From Harriotta raleighana (Eukaryota), in assembly GCA_050575255.1 (NCBI GenBank), contig JBNZDD010013687.1:2711227-2775226 (forward strand): a stretch of DNA of 64,000 nucleotides. Direction: 5' to 3'. How positions within the stretch are numbered: the first letter of the stretch is position 1; the number at the start of each line of letters is the position of its first letter. Under the pieces are notes generated by a model, which did not search any database, was not told the origin of the DNA, and saw only the letters and a program-made list of their open reading frames with translations. Below are positions 28,715-40,200 of this stretch, piece by piece. A program made the translations under genes and the position numbers.

Positions 28715-29049
28715 GTGTGTTTGTGGGACACTGCTGTGCGCAATTTGGCTGCCGCGTTTCTCCCCAGATATACACCTGGTTTTCCTTCTCTCTTCCTCCT
28801 ACCCCAACCCTTCCCCTTGCCCTCTTTCCCCCTTTCAATCCCTGGCCCTCTCGCTTCCATGACTGTTTGTGGGGACACTGCTGTGCGCAATTTGGCTGCC
28901 GTGTTTCGCCCACAAATATACAGTCAGTATTTTCCTGCTTTTCTTCCCCCGACCCCTCCCCCCACTTGACTGTACAGCGCCTTGGGACGTCCTCCTGACG
29001 TGAAAGGCGCTATATAAATACAATAAATAAATAAATAAATAAATAAATA
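28715..29049 (+). mobile_element. Deu-type SINE 3' portion with duplicated core motif and (AAAT)n tail
   Basis: Two copies of gtttgtgggacactgctgtgcgcaatttggctgccg; tail gcgccttgggacgtcc...gtgaaaggcgctatataaata plus (AAAT)n. Confidence 0.8.
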
Positions 29050-29158
29050 TGTCCCAAAACTCTGGAAAACTTTCCCTCAATCCCTTCACTTTCCTCCTTT
29101 CTCCTGTTTTTCAGTTACCCTGTGTGGAGGGTGCTATATAAGTGCAAGTTGTTGTCAT
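29050..29158 (+). mobile_element. L2 LINE 3' tail fragment abutting a SINE tail
   Basis: cccaaaactctggaaaac ... gtgtggagggtgctatataagtgcaagttgttg. Confidence 0.65.
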
Positions 29159-32100
29159 TGTAACGAGATCTATGAGCTGCTTAAGAGCTCTGACACCATC
29201 ACTGCTCGACGAAAGTAGTAGTTCTGGGTACTTCAATGTAGCTGAATGAAATCAATCGATCCTTTCTGAGGAGCAGACCAGAGCCTGTCTGAGAGCTGAT
29301 TAGTTATCTAATTGAAACATGTATTACAATATTAAGAATGTAATGTAGAAAAGACCCGTTTACTGCGCTTTGAACACACTGTTGCAGAAGTGAAAACTTG
29401 CCATTATTACTGGACTTCCAATACTTTTTACTGGCCTATTTTTCATTGAAGATTTTACTAGACTAGTGTTATTGACATTAAATCCTGTTGCTGTTTTCTA
29501 CTTATTTATTTTCATTGATAGGATAAACAAGGATTATTTATTTTGTTGGGAGACTCGAAGCTAAACTATAAATAGTTCATGAATACATAACGATACCTGT
29601 TTGGCTTTATTCTAGCATTGCATAAACAACATATGGAACTCACCAGATACTCATCCAATCTCCACAAAATTGCCCCAAACTGCACCACAATAAAAGACTC
29701 GCGTATGGGTGTGTTGTATGCCTCCCAGGCAGAACTCCATAGCCTACAATTAGTCTATACATTCATAGGTCGAAAAAAAAACATATTGTCTTAGCTGCTA
29801 TATAATTATCTGTTATGATGAACTGTGATTCTGAGGGCCATTGTCTTTGAGCCAGGATCTGTGTATAGAGTAGTTGTCTGGCTGGCACCCAGGAGTGGAC
29901 TTTCCATTTAGAGCCTCTGCCTCAGTGATTTCTGTAGTCTCCTGCCGGCTGGGTGAAATACAGAGTGTTTCTGCATGATTTCTTGAGTTGATGAGAAGCA
30001 ATTATGCTTTAAATGAAGTCATTCATATCTGCATTTTTTGTTTGCATATTTTTTGGTGTTCACCTGTTATTAAACCCTTCTTTAACTGTAAGCTACTTTC
30101 AAACAGATTTTGTCTTGAACACAATTTTGCTATCAAAAGAAAATTGTATGAACTCACTGGATGTTTTTCAAGAAGCTAGCCAAGCAGAAGGTTTTAAAAA
30201 TAAATTTAAAAATCATCATACTTGAGGAGATATAGGGTGTACAAATTTCAGAGAGAAGTTTCTGTAGGTTATTATTTATAGTTTACAACTCAGCAATTTA
30301 TTTTGTACTTTTTTTTTAAAAGTCAAACTAAATATACCTTGTCAAGATACCTTCCTTTGGGTATATATCTTTGATTTTTAACATTACACTTACAGATATT
30401 TTTGCTTTTCTGATTGTTTATATTTATAACAAGCCATCCTTACACTATTGACTGACATGATTTCTGTAACTATAACTTGTTACATTTGGACAGTTATTTA
30501 GGATCTTTATTTTTAAATAAAAGATCAAATTGCTCCATAATAACTATTTCCTTGAGTATTGGTTTTGCTTTGAAGCAATTTATTAAAACCAAAACCAATT
30601 TGCTTCCTTTGCACATTGGATATCTAACAGGGTCTTTTATGATTGTGGTTTCCAAGGTGATAGTGGGCACATCGTACCTGGATGACACTGGTGTCAGGAA
30701 AATGAATGAAGAATAAAGTGCACCAAGTCATGTAAATTTACATGCCATTACTGCTAATATTACTCATTAAGTATGCAGATTTTCATTGAAGTCTCGGTCA
30801 TAATTTTCTGAATTTGATGTTGTTCATAAAAGTGATTTATTTGCTACAATTGTAATAGGAAATTATTTTTGGATTAGGTTTATATAATTGAAAGTATCAT
30901 CCTAACTGAGATAGCTCACTCAGTATGGCCCTGAATGGTCTTGAAACAACTGTTCCCAAATAAATAGTGTTAGTTAACTGAGACCAAAAATCTGAGGATA
31001 TATTCTGCGCCATGAGACAAGCGTACGTAAAGAGCAATTTAATGTAATAGTTAAACTCGTGGGAATTATTTTGATTATCGCCACTGTTCTGGCAGTAACT
31101 GCACAAATTGCTATCAATAGGTGTGCTTAGGCTCTCAAAACTGCTGTTAAACATGAAAAGAAATGAACTATGAATGGCAGTTAGTTGCATGACTGCACTA
31201 TCTACTACCAGTGAACAAGGAGGTAGATAGTCGTAGCAGAACTGTGTGAAGGTGACCCCTGCTGTCTACTGACACATCTGCAAATTCACAGGATCAACAC
31301 CGTCTTAAGTGATGAAGGCTTGTGGCTAACAGCAATGACGACTTTTCTGTTCAGAAGTGTTTCTAAGTGCAGGACTGAGACTATTGCACTGTTGCTCCTT
31401 ATCTGATATTCAGTATTTATAAAGGCTGATGGTTGCTCCCAACATTCACTTCCAAAGGGCCCTTGTGCAACCTCTTCTATGTTCTATGATGCCAGCAATT
31501 GAATTTCTCCCGCCAAAGGATTTTCTCTCCTTCCTGACAGGGCAATCTAATGACCCATAAAAAATTGATTTACAAATTCTGGGACACAACCAGAAAAGTT
31601 AACCTTTGGCAGAATTGCTTCCTATAACTCCTTTTTTTTGGGAAAAAAAATTGGAACCTCTCTTTTTGAAACAGGAATCATTTAAAAGAGTTTTTTATTT
31701 CCATTAACAGTCTACAAAGACAAAATATTTAGGCTCAATTATAAAGCTCTGAATTTACCAAATGTCTCTCCACTTTTGTGATAGGTAATTACACTAAAGC
31801 ACGTGATATAATCCCTACATTCACTCAATTATTCCATGGGTTCCATCATCCTATGTGCAGCAGCTCACAGAACCAACCACCTCCTGCTGATCCCTGGACC
31901 TGAGATCCCCTTTAGCTAACTCCCTGACATTTCCATGAACTACACGGCTGAAACGTTATACAGTAATTAATGTTGATCCTAGCATACATGCAGCCTGCAG
32001 TACAAATTAGGATGGAAAAGGTTATCATAATATTTTGCTAGTCCATTTGGCAGAGCTGAACAGCTCCCTGTGGGAGATGTGTAGAAACTGCAGTTTGAAG

Positions 32101-34492
32101 TTTGTTTTGGGATTGCACTTTTAAACTGCCTGCACATTTTAAAAATACGCTGGAAAAACTTTGCAGCAAATAGTTGGTCATTCTGCATCATTTGAATTCA
32201 GCAGTTGGGTTCCTTATAGACTGCCTGAATTGCATGACTTTGACAGTAAATGTGTTTATATCATAGTTGAGGTAATGTCGTGTGAAATCGTAACAGTAAT
32301 GTTACTGGAATTCCAAGCCATACGAGCAGAGTTCAATTCCAGATACAACCAACAGCTGGAATCCTTCTTGCTCTCTATGATGTCTGAAAAAACACCCAAA
32401 GACTAAATAATTTAGATTAAATATTTCTGACCTATTTAATTGTTTAAGAGGTATTCAGTCACTAACTGAAAGAAGTCAACCATCTGTGGAACGAAAGGAG
32501 GCTGTGATTGTACTTTGAAATGGACTTGCGTTTGGATAGTAGATGAATTATATACTGTGAAGACAGTGACTGAAATGTATTGAATGAGGCAGGAGGACAT
32601 TGCACTGCAATAATCTAGGTACATTTGCTTCTAAAGATGGACTATGAATTATAATACTTGGTGGCATTTGAAATCCTATCAAACCTCCATCACATTACGT
32701 AGAAGCAACTAAACCATTTATTCTTTATATTATAGAGGCCTCTTCAGAATCAATTGAGGCTGCTTAAAAGTCTCAGGAACAGTTTCATATTCAAAGACTG
32801 ATTGGCTTCGTGTAAAACAAAAGCTTATAATACTATCCAAGCAAGTCATTACACCCTTTAAAATCGGTAGGTGCACAATAAAAACTGCAGTGCTTTAGAC
32901 TTCTCGTCTAGCTTTTTTTGTAATGCTCGTGTTAATAGGTATACTTGCCAGCATAAAAATATATGGCTGTGGTAAATTGGAAGAATCCCCGCTGCTCCAC
33001 TTCAACCGTGATGGAAAAGTTTGAGATGCTGGTAAAAATACCTACAATTTATCACTCGTTACGTGAAGTCAAAATCTGCAATCACAACAGAGGGAAAGCT
33101 TCTAGTAATATCTACAGAATATATTAAATCTGGTAGTTTGACTTGCCTCATTTTTGATTGGAAGTTTTAATTTACTTTGTTGTTTTCATGCTATAAAATA
33201 CAACTTTATACATTGGTACCGATAATAAAATTGATGTATCTTTTAAAATTTGCAACTTGTCCACACAATTATTATAAATACCTGAAATGAGGAAACCCAG
33301 TAAATGTTCAGTGATTGAGCAGTGCTATGGGTTTCTAAATCTGTGTCAACAGCTTTATTTGGTCAACACCTAGAAGAAGCCTGTCCTGTAAATTTCCAAG
33401 CATTTTGCATTCAATACACTCCAACAGATAATAATCCTTGCATTTAATATAGTGCATTTCATGCTAGGATGATGACTTAAAGTGCTTTATAAGATTCAAG
33501 GTAAAGATAGGAAGAGAATTTTTAAAATGCTTTTGAGTCAACCAAAATGTAATTTAGGGATTTTTTTCATTTCAATTCTAGTTTATAATTAATATGAATA
33601 TAACCTTTTGATGCAGAGTGGAATGTCAGCATCAAACTAAAAATGCACGATTTAAAAAATGGATTTACTCCAAAAACACTGAATAAGAAATGTTCTGAGG
33701 TTGTGCGTTCTTTATAATGTTTAGTGATAGTTCTCACACTTTAAAAAAAAAGTGCTAGCTGTGGTGCATTTACATGATGAACAAAATTGACATCTTCTGT
33801 TAAATTAATAAACTAACAAAATAGTAACAAGACCATAAGAAATGCTAGACAAAATAAATCCAAGGACAATCTAGTTCGCTTTCCACCTTCTTGGCAGTAG
33901 CATGTACATGTCGCAACCTACCTATGTACTATACCCCATAATGTTATTTCCCAGAAGAAAACTATCCAATCTATGTTTGAAGGAATCAACCTTTCCTTTA
34001 TCAACCATCTCCCTAGGGAGCCTGTTCCACAGTGTGTGTGTGTGTCCTTAGTGGAAAGAGATGGAGAACATGTGTGTTCTTGTATGTAAATTTATATATA
34101 GTCATCGAATTTATATATAGTCACAGAATGTTGCAGCCTGCAAAGCTGACTTCATCAATCAAACAATAATTACATTTATGTAACGTCTTCCACGTTGGGA
34201 GGACGTCAAGCGAGAAATCCTTAAATTGCTCAACTTACAGCTTGTTTACTATCTTCTTGAGAAATTGTGTTGAAGTGTTCTTATGATAATTTAATGACAT
34301 TTATTGGCAAATGTTCTTTGCTCACATTTCAATAATTCAAATCGTTTCTTTCTTTGTGATTTCTATGGATCAGATTTAATGTAGAAAAGTAACCTTAAAA
34401 TGATTACTATTTGCTTAATTTACTCTCGCCTTAAACTGTTGCATTATTGATGCCTTACCTGGGAAATGTTGTAGGGTTGCGTTGATCACTGC

Positions 34493-34506
34493 CTGCCCTC
34501 TGGTGA
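34493..34506 (-). promoter_or_regulatory. CTCF-like motif
   Basis: Minus strand TCACCAGAGGGCAG, one mismatch to the core consensus. Confidence 0.4.
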
Positions 34507-34762
34507 CTGCATTGTAAAATGCATTTGTCTTTTTACTGCAAGCTTGCTTCCTGTAGCCGCCATTCTAGTTTGAGGGTATTTGTTATCCATGAACGTTCCA
34601 CCTACCTCTGCATCACAGAGTATTCAAAGGATTTTTATGTAAGTTAAAACATTGTTAATAACAGCTGTCACAATGTGTACTGTGTACGCAGTGTGTATGC
34701 AATATGCATTACCTCTGCACAGTCTCCAGTTTTTGAATGCAAGTCATTTTCCTAAAGATATT

Positions 34763-35303
34763 AATATAACATTGAAAGCAAAGATCAATCACTGTACATT
34801 AGACAAAGGAATTTCATTAACTGGAGTCAGACAGTTTGCTGTACTCTGTGAAAGGCATTATTAAATAGCTTTTTCTATTTCTTTATTGTTCATCTATTTG
34901 AACAGCTGGTTGGCTAATCTCATAGATTACATGGGTTGAGAATGTTTTTGCTGAAAGATTTTATTTGAAAAAACTATTGTTTATGCATCGATTAAGGTTT
35001 ACTTAAAGAAACTATTTGTAAATCATTGAATTTTAGATTTGATTTCCAATCATCTACCTCACATTTCCAGATAAACACTTATGATTCTATAATGTCTGAA
35101 AGTAAATGACACTAAATATGAAGAAATACAAAAAACTCAATTCAATATAATTATTTTAGCAAAATCTTGGCCTCAGTACTTGATGCTTTTGAAGCTTAAC
35201 TGTATTTTGAACATGAATATAACCTGTAAAGCAAAATCAATCATTGTACAAGAGACAAAGAAATTTCCTTAACTGGAGTCAGTTTATGGTACTGTTTGAA
35301 AGA
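34763..35303 (+). repeat. Diverged ~90 bp direct repeat pair (34763-34855 and 35216-35303)
   Basis: aaagcaaagatcaatcactgtacattagacaaaggaatttcattaactggagtcag vs aaagcaaaatcaatcattgtacaagagacaaagaaatttccttaactggagtcag. Confidence 0.8.
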
Positions 35304-36010
35304 TCTCATTTTAGAAGAAACGATCAATTATTTCTATTGTATACAAAAGTGATCATTACTGTTGCGATTTATTTTAATTTCTATACTGCCGCTGCTTTTT
35401 ATCTATGCCACAAGAGGTTTTGTATGGTTCATGTACATCTTAATGTGTCTTTTATGTCTTTTGTCCACCAATCCATTAGAAATAATGCTTTGGCCGAAAA
35501 AGGTTCACAGTTCTGCTGATAGATAAATTGTGTGATGTCTGCATAGTCCATTTTCATCGGAATGCACACAAACTGCCAAGTACTTAAAGGTTTCACAAAC
35601 ATATCAAAAACACAAGGAAAGGGTCACTGCTCCTATTGCCAAATGTTTGTTATTCAATGATAAAGAGATAGTTGGAATGCAATTTTTTTTCTCTCGGATA
35701 CTGCTGGAGATGATAGGCGTACTTCACAGATGTAAAATGTTTGTTGTGAAGACCCATGTGTTTACAGGTGTAGAATGCCCTAGGGGGGAGCAAAACTGAT
35801 ATCCCTCTGCAGGTGCAGGGTCAATAACAGGAAGTTACTCATCCTCTCAGCACCGATGCTCTAACATCCTCCCATTGCCTAAATTGTATCACATTGTCCT
35901 TAAAATGGAAAAAAGTCATTCAATAAGCATTAATACCTACAGAAAAAGTACACAATGAATAAATTGCAGCTTTGATGTTTCTTTATTGTGTGGTAAATGT
36001 GGATTTTACA

Positions 36011-36282
36011 TAATCCTTGCATTTGAATTAGCGCTTTCCATGTCTTCTAGATGTCTCAAAGCCTTTCACAGAATATACTGTAAAGTGAATTGACTGTATA
36101 CTTATGGACGAAACATAGCAAACAATCGTGGATTGAGTGACCAATTTATCAATTTTTTTAAAGGGATTATTATTAGGCATGTGGAATAAGGAAACTTGCC
36201 TTAGCTTTCGCCCTACCTGGAATCGAACCCAGTCTCTCATTTGTAAGGGGAATGCTCCAACCACTGAGCTACAGGACTACAC
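36011..36282 (-). mobile_element. SINE family A with internal deletion
   Basis: Head (tgtagctcagtggttggagcattccccttacaaatgagagactgggttcgattcc) and tail present; the gggacactgctgtgtgcaattggc motif is missing. Confidence 0.85.
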
Positions 36283-37069
36283 GTGGAACTTTGGCAGATT
36301 ATTTTGATTTTTAAACTAGTAACAACAGAGCTGGTTAAATAATAAACTTGATTCCTGTACTGTTAATAACTGCAACTATACCCATAATTATGTTTTATGT
36401 TTCATTTCTATGATAATTGTCTTGTAGGATTACATGTTATGGTTTATTTAAGGTATTGCCAGTTGTGTGCACCTTAATGTCTGCAGTGTATCGTTCTGGG
36501 CAACAATTCAGATGGCTTGTTCCTTGTTTTGATGTAAATAAGCATCACATGAGCTGAGTTCCACATCTCTTCCCACTCCACCAATGGCTCATTTAGTCAA
36601 TGTTCTCTTTCCTATGCCAAATGATAGCCCATTTCCAGTAAGAATCTGCCACCAATTTAACTCTTTGAAACCGCAGCAGATTTCCATGTGTTGCCTTCAT
36701 CATAATCCAGGCTTGGCTGGAGTTCCGGATGCTGGAGATACAAACTCAGACACTGTCTCTTTTAATTAATCTCAATGCAACTGTAAATAGAATTGGCACT
36801 GAAGTGAATGTACAGGTGGAAGTGGAAAAACATACTTGCAGTGGGTGGCATATCCTAAGGCAGTGAGTAAGGCAAATTCAATAACTGAAGGGCAAGTATG
36901 CTAATGTATAGAATACCTTATTAAATGTCTCTGTACTCTAATGCCCTAATGAGTTGTGATATTTGAGCAACTGTGTGGGAAGGACAAAGGAATCAATAAT
37001 TATTTTGCAGATGCTAGATGAAAATCTTATTTGGTGTTTGTGGAAACAATCCACATCTGCAAACAGTTA

Positions 37070-37249
37070 CAGGATTGATAAAAGTAGAAGCCATTTGTAG
37101 CTCACAATATTCCTTAAATATATCTCAGATCTCACTGAAAGCAAAAAAGTTCTTGAATTTCTTCGATTATCCTCAGTTATTCAGCAAGATCTGAAATATA
37201 TTTAAGGACTATTATGAGCTATAAATGGCTTCTACTTTTATCAATCCTG
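37070..37249. mobile_element. MITE, Tc1/mariner superfamily, 180 bp
   Basis: ~70 bp inverted arms (CAGGATTGATAAAAGTAGAAGCCATTT... / ...AAATGGCTTCTACTTTTATCAATCCTG, 6 mismatches), flanked by TA at 37068-37069 and 37250-37251. Confidence 0.8.
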
Positions 37250-40200
37250 TAGCCATTTCCCCCTAAAATGTGCCAAAGTATGCAGTGGTGGGACAAGCAA
37301 CATAATGATGTTACATATACCATCTTGCCTGACAACTATTTTTAACAAAAGTTTATTTTAAACATCCGTGTAGTCTAAATTTGCAAGAAGTACAGTATGC
37401 CAATAAACTGCAGAGCTGATATAAAACATTAAAAGTTATGATTTTGCTGCAGTTTTCTTTTTATACTGATTATCAATTAACCATTTCCAAAAGGATAAAA
37501 ATCACCTAGAGTCTGAATAGGATTCCTGGATTAACCAACTGTGTTATTAATCCTGTATACTGATCCTGAGTTTTTATTTAATCATAGTTTTACTCTAAAA
37601 CTCAGAGCACTTTGTATTAGCTGCAAATATATATTATAATGTGAACTACAATGTGAACTTTCTCTTCTTAAGCACTGTTGTTCTGGCTGTGCAATCAACT
37701 GCGCCTGTCTGAAAACACTCTTAACAAGATGACAAAATGCCCTTTGCTCCAGTGTCTAAATAACCTTGTTAAATCTATTTTTTTAAATTCGAGTACAAGA
37801 AGGCTACTGTGATTGCAAACTTGATCAAGTAAATCTTGCATTGTTCTGTATTAGGAATTTGAGTGTTGAAGTTTGGGTATTTCTGTACTGAAAAATTAGT
37901 TATGGTAATGTGCTGAAAAAGTTACTATTTCTCCTTCAGATTTAACTCATTGTTTGACCCTGGGCAGACCTTTTGATAAGTTTGGTAGCATAATTCTTCA
38001 GCATTCAGTTAAAGCTCAAATCAATGGTATTTGTTGTGACCCTTACTTATAAGAAGGTGGTTTCTTTGATCTGACAGCAGGATTAAGCAGATTCACTCAT
38101 TCTCAAAGCCAAATGAATTATTTTACGGTTTCTGCTTCAATCTTTAAAAGTCAACAACATTACTTTTACTTCAGCTAACCTTTTCTTGCACAAACCAGAT
38201 AAAGTTTTTTTTTCAGCTAAGCAAATGTTGTGTTGCATCTGTTTTGAAGTTTGTTAGTTTGGAAACGTAGCTACTAAACATAGTGTTCCAGTGGAGAAAG
38301 AAATCGGACAACAAAGAAACCTCATTTCCTTATCATTTGATCATTCCTTGGACATGAGTGCTTCACACCTTTCTAAGCCAACAGCTTCCTTGTACACCTG
38401 CTCGCTGGTCTCATCAATTTTATTTTAGCAAAGTAGTTTCCTTTCAGTTTGTCCACCAAAAGATGGCAAGGGGGATAACTGAGTCGAATAGCTAAGTGTT
38501 GCCCGTCTTTATCTCAATCTCCTTGTTTGTTTTTGCATTGATGTACGTAATGAAACAAAGAGGATTTAATCATGTTAAACAAAAGGCTATTGGTACCCAG
38601 AGGGATCTCATTTACTTTGCTCTCAGTGTGCCAGTTTCATGTTGCACTTCTTCCTCTGTGTCGATGCACTACACTGAGTTTCCTACCTGAGGGTTAGAAT
38701 TGGTAGGTGTGAAACTCAGCAATTGTTTTGACAGGTGCTCTTTACCAAACAACAATGTGAGAGAGGCATCGCCCATGCACAGAACAGTAACCTCTGATAT
38801 GCTAATTACTGTATTTACCAAACTTTTCCCCTTAATGAGGTTTAGTAGCTTTGTAACCGCTGACATGATGTGATTTTCGTGCTATGATTTGAATTTAATC
38901 CACTATTCATTTTGTGCTCAATAAGCTGACCCAGCAGTAATAAGGTCAAAATACCTGGAGTGAGGAGGACTACGTTAGTCACGAGTGAGTTAGAAAGGTC
39001 TTCCTCATGAACGGCATTATCCACTGACTATTCTACTTGCACTGTGAGTCCCCCCAAAAATGTTGTTGTTATTGTTGTTGAAGATTACTGAATGACAATT
39101 CCAACCAATTCTGTGAAACACCTTTCATCCCTCTATAAAGATATTTGGTCACTCATCCAGTGAGTAACAATCTGAGCTATTACAAGATCAAACGATCCAC
39201 TCCTTTAATCGCTGCTTACATAGCTATTGAAAACATTTGCCTCTGAGATTGATAAATTCTCAATGAGAGAGTTTTGAACGTCACTGCCAAATGCAGGTGT
39301 TGCAAATGATGGATTTAAATAAACGCTGCTATTTATATCTTCCCTTTTTGAGTTCGGAGATATCGAATTGGTGATGAGAGAACATTGATAGACTTCTGAA
39401 TCATTATTTCATCAATGTTTGCAGTTCTGCTGTCAACTATAAATTATTTCATGTTTGGGACTATAACAATTAAAATTGATTCACTTGAATGTGTGCTATA
39501 GAGATTGATGATTCAACAGCAAATTGGGAAAGAAAATATGAATCTAGTTTAGATATGATCTTGATGCCCAGCTGGAATAATTTGAATTGGTGTGGAATGT
39601 ATTTTTACTCGATGGAGTGAAAGCTGAAAATGGTATGAATCTTCTATTTTATAAAGCAAAATTCTTGTTTTTATGACCCATTATAATTTCCTTGTGGAAT
39701 GAGGACATAGCTTAATGGGAAGCATAAAGGGGTACAATATAGTAGAGTTTGTGAATACAACTTTTTGGATGAATTGAAGCCAAGGAGCAATCCTTTTTGT
39801 TTAAAGAACATCTTTCTTCTGCTGTTCACAATACTCCTACCTTTTAGTTGCAGCTTTTAAGGGAATAGATGAGATGTCAACTAATACAGGTGTTCATTGA
39901 ACCTGAGGCATTTAGCAGGCTCTACAAAAGATAATTAACATTTTGTTTAATTGCTGCCCTATGACCCTTTTTCATTCCCATTTTAATTCTCAATTTCTCA
40001 AACAAAAGTCTATCCCTCCAGCTATGTTAGCGTCAGAAATTGACATTTGCTGCTTCAGATTACATGAACTACTTTACCCTGACACCATGGCATTTTGATC
40101 AGAAGCAAGAACTTCACTTTCAGTCATTGTAATCAGCGAAAGGAAGTTTTACGATTAAAATTTAAAATGTATTTTTTTAATTCTATTTTTTTCCCTCATC

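Noticed and set aside
28419-29089. Cluster of long overlapping ORFs (up to 147 aa)
   Set aside because: Artefact of the stop-poor C/T tract and SINE motifs; low-complexity translations
35776-35792. CTCF-like gccctaggggggagc
   Set aside because: An extra G breaks the core spacing; weak match
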